In this document: piece after piece, positions 9,255 through 17,187 of the stretch
How positions within the stretch are numbered: position 1 is the first letter of the stretch
How the letters are laid out: the number at the start of each line of letters is the position of its first letter
Origin: a virus
DNA: 36,588 bases
Virus record (IMG/VR): IMGVR_UViG_3300045988_107626
Coordinates: 1 to 36,588 of that record
Reading direction: 5' to 3' (one strand)
Position numbers and translations under genes: made by a program
Notes under the pieces: model-generated
What the model was told of the DNA's origin: nothing
The model's database searches: none
The model's input: the letters and a program-made list of their open reading frames with translations, nothing else

Positions 9255-9850
9255 GCTACCAGGACCAGCGCGGACACAAGGTGCCCTCCCCCGCCGATCC
9301 GGCCCGCCGCCAAGACCTCCTCGACCTCTCCCTCTCCATCCCCTCCTACAAGGCGTGCGCGTCCGAGACCGCCGCCTCCCAGTACGTCGCCGCGCTCGCG
9401 GGCGTGGGCCTCACAGCCTCCCCCGCTCAGCCCGTCTACGTCTGGAGAACCGACCTCAACGCTGTCCGTGTGTGGGATGGGCGCAGGTGGTCGGGTGAGT
9501 CGAATCTGCAGATGGAGCTGAGCGCGGTCGGCGACGTTCCTGTCGGGTCCGGCCTCAGCGTCGGTGTGCGCAATGGCCTCATCAAGGCAGGCAAGGTCGC
9601 AACCTCAGCGACCGAGGTGCAGTTCGGGAACCTCTATCTCGACAGCATCACCTTCCAGACGCCTTTCCCTAATGACTGTGTATCTGTAACGCTCACGCCG
9701 CTGTATGGAACCGGCTCGGCCCAGTGGACATTCAAGAACGCGCAGCAATTCTGTCTCGACTCGATGAGCCGCAACGGCTTCCGCGCGATGCTTCCGGGGG
9801 TCACGACCCCTGGCCGTCACGCCTATGCGTGGACCGCGATCGGCTACTGA
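9251..9850 (+). CDS. Minor tail / putative receptor-binding protein (199 aa)
   Basis: ATGA coupling at 9251. The long N-terminal extension from 8810 is Arg-rich and overlaps the previous gene, so I reject it. This is the last gene of the tail module, before a terminator. Confidence 0.5.
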   Translation: MSYQDQRGHKVPSPADPARRQDLLDLSLSIPSYKACASETAASQYVAALAGVGLTASPAQPVYVWRTDLNAVRVWDGRRWSGESNLQMELSAVGDVPVGSGLSVGVRNGLIKAGKVATSATEVQFGNLYLDSITFQTPFPNDCVSVTLTPLYGTGSAQWTFKNAQQFCLDSMSRNGFRAMLPGVTTPGRHAYAWTAIGY

Positions 9851-9869
9851 CACCCCCTGATCTTTCATG

Positions 9870-9900
9870 CCCTCGGACAAGCCCGTCCGGGGGCTTTCCC
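9870..9900 (+). terminator. Hairpin terminator after the tail module
   Basis: CCCTCGGAC-AAGCCC-GTCCGGGGG (9-bp stem with one G.U pair) followed by CTTTCCC. Confidence 0.45.
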
Positions 9901-9920
9901 ATACCCAAGAGGAGAAACCA

Positions 9921-10034
9921 ATGGAACCGAATATCGAGCAGCTTATGGCGTCGATGACCCCCGCGACGGACACGCCGCCTGACGTCGTCGCACCGATCGT
10001 TATCCCCTACGAGAAGCCGGAGGGCACGCGATGA
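9921..10034 (+). CDS. Small hypothetical protein (37 aa)
   Basis: Strong RBS AGAGGAGA 7 nt upstream. The stop overlaps the endolysin ATG (ATGA). Confidence 0.45.
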   Translation: MEPNIEQLMASMTPATDTPPDVVAPIVIPYEKPEGTR

Positions 10035-10867
10035 GCATGACCGCACAGAACGTCCTAGCCTGGGCAGCTGGCGAAATTGGATATACGCGCTGGGACGACC
10101 CCGAGGAGGGGTCGAAGTACGGGCGCTGGTACGCCAAGCGACACGGCGCGTACTACGGCACGTCCGGCGTGCCCTTCTGCGCTATGGGTGCGTCCTGGTG
10201 CGCGACAGACAATGAGGACAAGTCCGTCCTGCCCGGCGGCGACTTCGCTTACGTGCCGTATGGCATAAACGCCGCAGCCCGCGAGGGCAGGCTCGTCTCC
10301 CCGATGACTCAGGCCGCGCCTGGAGACTTGATTTGCTTCGACTGGGACGACGACGGGATCGCCGACCACGTCGGCATCGTTGAGGCCAATTATGGCGGCT
10401 GGGTCCAGACCATTGAATTCAACACCAGCTCGGGCGCTGCGGGATCTCAGAGCAACGGCGGCGGCGTGTGGCGCCGCACCCGCGACTGGGACTCCGTCTG
10501 CGCGGTCATCCGCCCGTACTACGGCGACGCGACCACGGCCTCGGGCTACACCGACGTTACGGCGCTGCAGGCTGCGGTCGGCGCGACCGCTGACAACATC
10601 GTCGGCCCCGACACGACGAAGCGCATTTACGCCGTCGTCGCCGCCTCCAGCTGGGGCGGCAGGCAGTTCCCGTTCGGCGTCGAGTACGTGCAGTCCGTGA
10701 TCGGTACCGAGGCTGACGGAGTCTGGGGCGATGCCTCGGACGAGGCGCACGACCGCGTCGTCGGAAACCTTCAGCGCGCCGTCGGTGTCGATGACGACGA
10801 GATCTACGGCCCGGCCACCAACCAGGCGATTAACGCCGCGCTCGCGGGCGCGGAGAAGGGGGAATGA
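10031..10867 (+). CDS. Endolysin: N-terminal CHAP/peptidase C51-like domain plus C-terminal peptidoglycan-binding repeats (278 aa)
   Basis: Motifs VPFCAMGASW (Cys), DHVGIVE (His) and TIEFNTS. The C-terminus carries PG_binding_1-like repeats (GPDTTKRIYA, GVWGDASDEAH, IYGPATNQAINAAL). Confidence 0.85.
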   Translation: MSMTAQNVLAWAAGEIGYTRWDDPEEGSKYGRWYAKRHGAYYGTSGVPFCAMGASWCATDNEDKSVLPGGDFAYVPYGINAAAREGRLVSPMTQAAPGDLICFDWDDDGIADHVGIVEANYGGWVQTIEFNTSSGAAGSQSNGGGVWRRTRDWDSVCAVIRPYYGDATTASGYTDVTALQAAVGATADNIVGPDTTKRIYAVVAASSWGGRQFPFGVEYVQSVIGTEADGVWGDASDEAHDRVVGNLQRAVGVDDDEIYGPATNQAINAALAGAEKGE

Positions 10868-11277
10868 CGATGAATGATCTGCTTCTCGGGCTCCACACTG
10901 ACCCGTTTCTGACGACGGTCGTCGTCGGCCTGGTGTGGCCGATGGTACAGGCCGCGCTCGACCGTCCGTACTGGACGCCGGCACGCCGTAAGGTGCTGCT
11001 GGCCGTCGTCGCGGTCATCGTCTCGCTGGCCGTCTGGGTGTCCGGAACGTATCCGGCGACCTGGCGACTTCTCATTGCCCAGGCCGGCGTTTTCCTGGGC
11101 ATCGCCTGGTCTGTGTTCCAGGTGCTCTCGGCGGTGCGTATTAACGGCGTGACACTGATTGACTGGGTCGGCGCTGTGACTCCCGGCGGCGAGTCCGTCG
11201 AGGAGGTTCGCGCTGCCGCTGCTGCTGTCCCTTCGACCCGGGTAGTTGACGGGGCCGAGCTGGCCAGCCGTGACTGA
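10864..11277 (+). CDS. Holin-like membrane protein (137 aa)
   Basis: ATGA coupled to the endolysin. Has three to four hydrophobic helices and a charged C-terminus. Confidence 0.65.
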   Translation: MTMNDLLLGLHTDPFLTTVVVGLVWPMVQAALDRPYWTPARRKVLLAVVAVIVSLAVWVSGTYPATWRLLIAQAGVFLGIAWSVFQVLSAVRINGVTLIDWVGAVTPGGESVEEVRAAAAAVPSTRVVDGAELASRD

Positions 11278-11809
11278 GCTTCTAGCGGATCCGAAAGTGA
11301 CAGACGCGCTCGCCGCGCTCGTCGTCGCGGTCCTCGTTGCGATGACGGGCATCGTCGCCCTGGCCGCAAGCCAGGTGCGCCGCTGGATGGACGCGAAATT
11401 CGCGCACGTCCTCGCGGGCGTCGAGGAAGCCAGAGCAGCCGCCCGCTCGGCGGACGCGCAGGTCTCCAACGATCACGACACCAACATCAGGGATGACTTG
11501 GACCGCGCGATCGAGACCGTCCACGCTGTCTCGGACCAGATCGGTGAGCTGACCGGACACGTCGGCACGCTCGCCGATCAGCTGAACCGCGTCGAGACGA
11601 CGCTCACCAATCACGGGAAGAGTCTCGAAGCGGTGGAGTCTCGCGTCGGCAGGATCGACGAGCGCGGCGGTCGTATGGCCGAGGAGATCCACGATGAGCG
11701 CGTCGCTCGTGAGGCGGCGCAGCGGACAATCGATGAGCACTCGCACGACGCGCACGCGCGCCTTCACGAGCGACTCGACAAACTCGAAGAGAGGATGAAC
11801 GAACAGTGA
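11270..11809 (+). CDS. Membrane-anchored coiled-coil protein, lysis-associated (about 179 aa; alternative start 11246)
   Basis: One N-terminal transmembrane segment (ALAALVVAVLVAMTGIVALAA) followed by a long charged helical region. The GTG at 11270 overlaps the end of the holin gene. Confidence 0.5.
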   Translation: MTELLADPKVTDALAALVVAVLVAMTGIVALAASQVRRWMDAKFAHVLAGVEEARAAARSADAQVSNDHDTNIRDDLDRAIETVHAVSDQIGELTGHVGTLADQLNRVETTLTNHGKSLEAVESRVGRIDERGGRMAEEIHDERVAREAAQRTIDEHSHDAHARLHERLDKLEERMNEQ

Positions 11810-12213
11810 CCACGACTATTTCGGGCACTGTCGGCAGGCTTGACGGCGCTCCCGAGCCGCAGGCCTACATCGTCGCTACGCTCGCGGGGACAGGTGAGAA
11901 TCTCGCTGTCCTCGCGGGCGGGCCGGTGGCCCGGCAGGCCGACGTGAGGGGGCAGATAGTCCTCCCGCTTGACATCCGCACGGAGACGCAGGTGCATCTG
12001 CGTCTCGCGATCCCTGGTCGCACGCTTCGCGAGGCGACCGTGTCCCTGCGCCCATCGGTTGCTTACGATCTGGCGCAGGTTTTCTCCGGCGCCGCGTCGC
12101 CGACCCCGTCTCCCGCGCCTGTCCCTGGTATGGGCGGCGTCGAGATCTCCGGCGACGGAGATACCCTCACCCTGGACGGAACGCTCTACGGCGACCTATA
12201 CGATACACTCTAG
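11806..12213 (+). CDS. Hypothetical protein (135 aa), beta-rich, with PT-rich linker
   Basis: GTGA coupling; high GC3; precedes the fibre-repeat protein. Confidence 0.5.
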   Translation: MTTTISGTVGRLDGAPEPQAYIVATLAGTGENLAVLAGGPVARQADVRGQIVLPLDIRTETQVHLRLAIPGRTLREATVSLRPSVAYDLAQVFSGAASPTPSPAPVPGMGGVEISGDGDTLTLDGTLYGDLYDTL

Positions 12214-12228
12214 ATCGGAGACTGACCT

Positions 12229-13398
12229 ATGGCAGCTCGACCGACGCTCTACACGAAGCAGGGCACCGATAAGGCGATCGCGCGAGCGGTCGCACCGCTC
12301 GCAACAAAGTCGGAGCTCTCCGGCTATGCGACGAAGGGCGACGTCGCGACCGCCGCCGCAGGCGGCAGAGTGGACCTCACCGACTACGCGAAGAAGGCAG
12401 AGCTGCGGGGCCTCGCGACCCGCGAGGAACTGTCCGGCTACGCGACCACTCGCCAGGTCGCCGACCTCGCCTCCCGCGCCGACCTCACGGCCTACGCGAC
12501 GAAGGATGAGATCGTCGGCGTCGCCAAGCGCTCCGACCTGACCGGCCTCGCCACGAAGGCCGAGCTCTCCGGCTATGCGACGAAGGGCGACGTCGCAGGC
12601 GTCGCGCACACCTCCGACCTGACCGGCCTTGCTACCAAGGCTGAGCTGCAGGCCGCGCTAACAGGCGTCGGCATCACCGTCGTCGCAAACGAGGCCGAAG
12701 CGCAGCGCCTGCCAGACGGCGCGCTCTACTTCCTCGCTGCCGCAGCTTCACCAGCGCAGCCGCCGACCCCGACGCCCGGCCCCGCGCCAGCCGCCGGCCC
12801 CGCCGTCGTCGGCCACGCCTCGGGCTCCGTTGTCGGCCAGACCATCACCGTAAAGGTCGACGGCAAGGCAGGCGACAAGGTCATCCTGGGTATCAACGAG
12901 AAGGCGCAGGGCACGCGCGCGGCCGCGAACCTCCCGCAGGGCTGGACGACGCTCGTCGATCCGTACTGGGTCGGTACGATGAGCGCGACTATCATCACCG
13001 GTCCCTGGGCGCCGACGGTCACGGTCACGATGTCGCAGAACGCCGAGATTGGATGGGCCGCAGCCGCAGTACGCGGAGCCTCCCGCATCGAGGCCGGCAC
13101 CGTCAAGAAACGTCAGGCCGAGCCGGTCGAGACTAAGACTTGCACGGCGCCCGCGCTCGCGGGCGCGGGTCTCGCGCTCGGCTTCACTTTCGAGCGCACG
13201 AGTGCGGGCGAAACTTCGGACCAGGTCACGGTCTCGGAGGGCTGGGAGAAGTTACAATTTGCGGCGCAGGACGGTCTGAATTATCAGACGGTGACGCTTG
13301 CAAAGCGAACTGCAGGCTCCCCCGCCGACCTCGTCGTGACCTACCCGAACGTCCAAGGGAGTAACGGGATCGGTGTCCAGGTGGTCGCCCGTGGCTGA
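12229..13398 (+). CDS. Tail-fibre-repeat protein (389 aa)
   Basis: At least six copies of DLTxYATKxEL / LATKAELSGYATKGDV pseudo-repeats, resembling the phage tail fibre repeat. Has a Pro-rich hinge and an unassigned beta-rich C-terminal domain. Confidence 0.6.
   Translation: MAARPTLYTKQGTDKAIARAVAPLATKSELSGYATKGDVATAAAGGRVDLTDYAKKAELRGLATREELSGYATTRQVADLASRADLTAYATKDEIVGVAKRSDLTGLATKAELSGYATKGDVAGVAHTSDLTGLATKAELQAALTGVGITVVANEAEAQRLPDGALYFLAAAASPAQPPTPTPGPAPAAGPAVVGHASGSVVGQTITVKVDGKAGDKVILGINEKAQGTRAAANLPQGWTTLVDPYWVGTMSATIITGPWAPTVTVTMSQNAEIGWAAAAVRGASRIEAGTVKKRQAEPVETKTCTAPALAGAGLALGFTFERTSAGETSDQVTVSEGWEKLQFAAQDGLNYQTVTLAKRTAGSPADLVVTYPNVQGSNGIGVQVVARG
12301..12650 (+). repeat. In-gene DNA repeats encoding the fibre repeats
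   Basis: An identical 35-mer occurs at 12313-12347 and 12562-12596. A related unit occurs at about 12533 and 12612. Confidence 0.8.
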
Positions 13399-14272
13399 GC
13401 TGACGATCTATCGCCGTCGTCGCAACGGTGGTGACGTGCCCGGGGTCGTGCGTCGCCGTCGTCGCGACGGAGGGGATCTTCTCCTGCGTCGACGTGAGGC
13501 GACGACTCCGGTCACGCCCGCCGCGACGGACGTCGTCGAGCACTTCCTCAAGCAGAGGCCCTTCTATATCGCCCATAGGATGAGCGGCACGGAATATCCG
13601 GAGTTCACGCAGCGGGGTCTTGATGCCTCGCTGCGTGCTGGCTTCAAGGCGCTGGAGATCTCCGTCCGGCTCTGCGCTCGGGGGCCGCACGGAGAGCCTG
13701 CCGAGTTTGTCGCGATCCATGACTGGAAAACGACTCGCACGGTCCCGGGGACGGATCTGCCGATCTGGTCTACTCCCTGGAGCACGCTGCGGACTCTGCA
13801 GCAGGGCACGGGGCCGTTTATGCGGCTTCGGGATATCGTCGATCAGATTCCCGATGATGTCGTCCTGGCGATCGACCACAAGACGACCTCGTCTGAGGAT
13901 CAGCGGAACGCTGCTGATCTGAAGGCTGAGGAGCAGCTCTTCGAGTACCTGGACACCGCTTTCGGGGGGCATCCCGAGCGTCGCGTGATCTGGAAAGTTT
14001 TTGCGAAGGGGACGAGCGCGGCGCGCGCGAAAGCGCGCGGCTATCGCACTATGGCGATGCTGTATCCCGCCGAAGTCCCCGCGGCGAACCTGCAGCAGTG
14101 GGATGTGATCGGCATGGAGTGGTCCGCGAGCGCGGACGTGTGGAATCGCATCAACGCGTCCGGGCGTCCGACGATCGCGCACATCATTACGAACGAAGGT
14201 CAAGCGCGTACGGCGTTCGATAAGGGGGCGTCCGGCCTTATGGCATCGTTCCCGTCTCGCGTGCATCCGTAG
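13373..14272 (+). CDS. Glycerophosphodiester phosphodiesterase (GDPD)-like protein (up to 299 aa; start uncertain: 13373, 13391 or a later GTG)
   Basis: FYIAHRMSGTEYPEFTQRGLDASLRAGFKALEISVRL and VAIHDW resemble the GDPD HR..E and HD signatures. The N-terminus is Arg-rich. Confidence 0.6.
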   Translation: MSRWSPVAELTIYRRRRNGGDVPGVVRRRRRDGGDLLLRRREATTPVTPAATDVVEHFLKQRPFYIAHRMSGTEYPEFTQRGLDASLRAGFKALEISVRLCARGPHGEPAEFVAIHDWKTTRTVPGTDLPIWSTPWSTLRTLQQGTGPFMRLRDIVDQIPDDVVLAIDHKTTSSEDQRNAADLKAEEQLFEYLDTAFGGHPERRVIWKVFAKGTSAARAKARGYRTMAMLYPAEVPAANLQQWDVIGMEWSASADVWNRINASGRPTIAHIITNEGQARTAFDKGASGLMASFPSRVHP

Positions 14273-14281
14273 CCGATGCAG

Positions 14282-14316
14282 AAGGCCCCACCGCCAGTTT
14301 TGGGCGGTGGGGCCTT
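14282..14316. terminator. Bidirectional terminator between convergent genes
   Basis: Perfect 14-bp stem AAGGCCCCACCGCC / GGCGGTGGGGCCTT with a 7-nt loop AGTTTTG. Confidence 0.8.
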
Positions 14317-14325
14317 CCCTTGTTG

Positions 14326-14718
14326 TCAGGCCTTGGCGGGGGCTGTCACTCCGATTCCGGGATCGAAATCCCAGTGGTAGCTGGAGCAGTCGCAGTTCGC
14401 GAGCCAGTAGTTGAACTCTGAGTCGAGGCTGAGGAGGAAGCCTCGACGAATCATCTTGATGATCCACTTGAAGTCGTCAAGCGTGACGATCTCTCGCGGT
14501 GTCGGGTAGAAGTGGATCGACATCGGATCGGCTTCGTCGCCGTAGGCGCGGGCGATTTCGCGGCCGTCGTAGCTGATAGCGACGAAGAACTCCTCCGTGG
14601 GGCGGGCAGGGCCGTTGAATGCCCAGCCGGGGCAGCCGGGGATATCGACGGTGTCGCAGCTGGTCCATGCCTTGGTGGCGGCTTCATTGAATGCTTGGGT
14701 GGCGGCGTAGAGGTCCAT
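14326..14718 (-). CDS. Orphan moron protein A (130 aa, Cys-rich, no recognised family)
   Basis: The internal ATG at 14718 is preceded by AAGGAG. It is driven by duplicated promoter module copy A and followed by the 14282-14316 terminator. Confidence 0.7.
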   Translation of the reverse strand: MDLYAATQAFNEAATKAWTSCDTVDIPGCPGWAFNGPARPTEEFFVAISYDGREIARAYGDEADPMSIHFYPTPREIVTLDDFKWIIKMIRRGFLLSLDSEFNYWLANCDCSSYHWDFDPGIGVTAPAKA

Positions 14719-14725
14719 GGTTTCT

Positions 14726-14811
14726 GTCTCCTTCTTTGAGGGTCGGGGGGCTCGTCCCTCCCGATGCATTAACTATACATCGTGCGCGATGCATAGCGCA
14801 AGTTGGAATAA
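14726..14811 (-). promoter_or_regulatory. Duplicated promoter/operator/leader module, copy A
   Basis: On the minus strand: -35 TTGCGC (14796-14801), 18-nt spacer, -10 TATAGT (14772-14777). Palindrome TATGCATCG-CGCA-CGATGTATA at 14774-14795. Extra half-site ATGCATCG at 14762-14769. A leader hairpin precedes the SD AAGGAG. Confidence 0.7.
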
Positions 14812-14823
14812 CTGTATTGTGCG

Positions 14824-15039
14824 CTACTTTTCGATGTCGGTGCGGGCACCGCGTCCGGGGCGATCGCGCTGCCATTCATCGATTGTCTCGGGAGCCCAGC
14901 CGCGCAGGGGACCGGAGGGGGTAGAGATGATGACGTCAGGCGCGGGCATGAGGCCGCGCAGGATGTATGAGCGGATCGTGGGGACAGCGAGGCCGAGGCG
15001 TTCTGCGACAGCAGCCGTTCCGAGGTACTCGGTAGTCAT
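14824..15039 (-). CDS. MerR/excisionase-family HTH protein (71 aa)
   Basis: LGTAAVAERLGLAVPTIRSYILRG is a winged-HTH_17-type motif. RBS GAGGA. Starts 11 nt after the upstream HTH gene. Confidence 0.65.
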   Translation of the reverse strand: MTTEYLGTAAVAERLGLAVPTIRSYILRGLMPAPDVIISTPSGPLRGWAPETIDEWQRDRPGRGARTDIEK

Positions 15040-15050
15040 GATTCTTGTCC

Positions 15051-15461
15051 TCAGTCGTAGGGGGTGACGATCTGGACGGGGATGCCCTGATCGGAGAGGA
15101 GCTGGTATGCGCGCCCGACGCAGGCACGGTACGAGGGTAGGGGGAGCCGCATTGCCCATCGCGTGCTCTGACGATAGGTGAGAATGTCCTGGTACGCAAT
15201 GAGCGCTGTCGGCAGCGCCCGCACGCCCTCGTTCTCGTCGTCCACGCTCTCGATGAGCTCGTCGACGCAGTCGAGGGCCGCATCTTCGATCTCGCCGAGG
15301 AGCATGTGAATGCTGATCGGATCCCTTGGTTCACTCTTACCGATTTCCCAGGAGCGGATAACGCCCTCGTTGACGTCCAGGAGGACGCCGAGGTCAGCGC
15401 GGGAGAGGCCGAGGGCCTCTCTTCGACATCTCAGTCCGGCGGGTGTGAGTGGTTCGGTCAA
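15051..15461 (-). CDS. XRE-type HTH protein with unassigned C-terminal domain (136 aa, TTG start)
   Basis: LRCRREALGLSRADLGVLLDVNEGVIRSWEIG is a Cro/C1-type HTH. RBS GGAGGAG. Confidence 0.65.
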   Translation of the reverse strand: MTEPLTPAGLRCRREALGLSRADLGVLLDVNEGVIRSWEIGKSEPRDPISIHMLLGEIEDAALDCVDELIESVDDENEGVRALPTALIAYQDILTYRQSTRWAMRLPLPSYRACVGRAYQLLSDQGIPVQIVTPYD

Positions 15462-15480
15462 TTCTCCTCCTACGGGTTGA

Positions 15481-15510
15481 CCCCCGCGCCGGCGGTTTCG
15501 GGCGCGGGGG
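15481..15510 (-). terminator. Hairpin (terminator or attenuator) after moron B
   Basis: Perfect 10-bp GC stem CCCCCGCGCC / GGCGCGGGGG with a 10-nt loop. No U-tract. Confidence 0.45.
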
Positions 15511-15524
15511 CCTTGGTTTGCTGG

Positions 15525-15866
15525 TCAGCCCTCGGCCAGCCAGGCGTTCGTCTCGGCGACGAACTGGGCGACGGCGGCGGCAACCTCGGGGTCGGGGGTG
15601 CGTTCGGCGGGGCCACGGTAGCCGCCCCAGATTTCGGCGGGCCACTCGACACGGGGGATGTACTGCTCGATGAGCGGCCATTCCTGGGTGTTGTTGGTCG
15701 AGGCACTGCCGCCCGGCAGGGAGGAGTCGAAGATCAGCAAGCTAATCTTGATCTCGTCCTGGTAATCGCCGTAGATGACGGCACGGGCGCCGTTGTCGAG
15801 GTCGGCGGCAATGAGGGCGTTGTCGCCGTCGAAACGCTCTGCCTTGGTCCAGTTTGCGGTGGTCAT
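15525..15866 (-). CDS. Orphan moron protein B (113 aa, acidic, no recognised family)
   Basis: The internal ATG at 15866 follows AAGGAG. It is driven by duplicated promoter module copy B. Confidence 0.7.
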   Translation of the reverse strand: MTTANWTKAERFDGDNALIAADLDNGARAVIYGDYQDEIKISLLIFDSSLPGGSASTNNTQEWPLIEQYIPRVEWPAEIWGGYRGPAERTPDPEVAAAVAQFVAETNAWLAEG

Positions 15867-15872
15867 TTCAGT

Positions 15873-15958
15873 GTCTCCTTCTTTGAGGGTCGGGGGGCTC
15901 GTCCCTCCCGATGCATTAACTATACATCGCACGCGACGCATAGTGCAACCTGGAATGA
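15873..15958 (-). promoter_or_regulatory. Duplicated promoter/operator/leader module, copy B
   Basis: Offset exactly 1147 nt from copy A. 57 nt are identical, then 22 of 29 match. -35 TTGCAC (15943-15948), 18-nt spacer, -10 TATAGT (15919-15924). Confidence 0.7.
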
Positions 15959-15982
15959 ATGTGATCTACAAAACAATAGCAC

Positions 15983-17140
15983 TCAGATAAGGACGTGCGA
16001 GTCCATACGCGAAGTCAAGGCCGCGTCGCGCTCGCGGGTCGCATGCTGATAACGGAGAGCGACGTCAACGTCGCTGTGCCCGCCACGATGAAGCAGCTCA
16101 GCAAGCGTCGCGCCCTGCTGTGCGAAGATCGTGAGGCCAGTGTGTCGCAGATCGTGGAACTTGAACCACGGGATACCCGCATCATCGCGGGCGCGCTCCC
16201 AGGCCCCGCGCAGGCTATTAGGATGCAGGGGCAGGCGCGGAGATCGCTCGGAGGATAGGAGCCAGGACGTGCCCGCAGGCGCGACATAGGAATCGAGGTG
16301 CGCGCGCAGCTCTGGGACCAGCGACGCGGGGATGACGATCTCGCGCACGCCGGCGGCACTCTTCGGGGGAAGCTCGACCGGCCCCTCCCCTGCTAGATAC
16401 TGCACCTGTCGCTCGATCCGGAGAGTCGCAGGCGTGGAGTCGAGATCAAGATCGCGGCGCTGCAAGCCAGTCAGTTCACCGAGCCTGGTCTGGCACCATG
16501 CAGCGAGCAGGACGGCGATGCGCAGGCGCGCGGGCATTGCATCTGCGGCGGCGCGAACTTCCTCGGGGGTCGCGACCTGCCGCTCGCGCTCGCGGACGGG
16601 ACGGTGCTTCTGACCCTCGGGAACCTTGCACGGGCTCGCCTCGATGAGGCCGCTCTTAACCGCGGCGTTCATGCAAACCGAGAGTGTCATATAGATCGGA
16701 CGCGTGACGCCCGGCCCCTTCGCATCCCAGACGTGCTGGTACCATGCGTCAACATCCTCGACACTGATCGCCCCGAGCGGCTTCGCGCCGAAAACCGGGA
16801 CGAGCTGCCTCATCCGATAGGTGTGAGTCTGAATAGTCTGCGGTGTGCGACCCAGTCGCTCGAGCGACGCGAGCCAGCGGTCCGACCATGCCGCGAAAGT
16901 GATAGCCGCGCGCTCGGCGGCGACCTCCTGCGCGCGATCGCGCTCGCGGGCTTCTTTGGGGCTGGTCCAGGTACCCTCGCTGATCTCGGCTTCGACGTGT
17001 GCGAGGAAAGCGCTTGCGTCGGTCTTGCGGATGAATGAGCGCCCGGCGGTGTACTTGCCGCCGTCGGGGCCTGTGTAGCGGACCTCGAAGCGTCCGCTGC
17101 GGGCTTTCCGGATCGAGCCGAAGGCTCTGCGTCCGCTCAT
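15983..17140 (-). CDS. int: Tyrosine recombinase / phage integrase (385 aa)
   Basis: C-terminal HDLRHTGLT...GHSDVDVALRYQH (R-H-R-Y catalytic pattern). The N-terminal arm-binding-type domain reads RFEVRYTGPDG. The real start is ATG 17140 after GAGGAGG; the ORF-track extension to 17359 is rejected. Confidence 0.9.
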   Translation of the reverse strand: MSGRRAFGSIRKARSGRFEVRYTGPDGGKYTAGRSFIRKTDASAFLAHVEAEISEGTWTSPKEARERDRAQEVAAERAAITFAAWSDRWLASLERLGRTPQTIQTHTYRMRQLVPVFGAKPLGAISVEDVDAWYQHVWDAKGPGVTRPIYMTLSVCMNAAVKSGLIEASPCKVPEGQKHRPVRERERQVATPEEVRAAADAMPARLRIAVLLAAWCQTRLGELTGLQRRDLDLDSTPATLRIERQVQYLAGEGPVELPPKSAAGVREIVIPASLVPELRAHLDSYVAPAGTSWLLSSERSPRLPLHPNSLRGAWERARDDAGIPWFKFHDLRHTGLTIFAQQGATLAELLHRGGHSDVDVALRYQHATRERDAALTSRMDSHVLI

Positions 17141-17187
17141 GTCTGCCTCCTCGGTAGGGAAATGGCGCAGCATCTTATTCCACAGGA

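Noticed and set aside
15961-15982. TCTACAAAA half-site matching the immunity operators, between the int stop and moron promoter B.
   Set aside because: It is only a half-site with no GTAGA partner at N4, so chance cannot be excluded. It is mentioned under the switch finding only.
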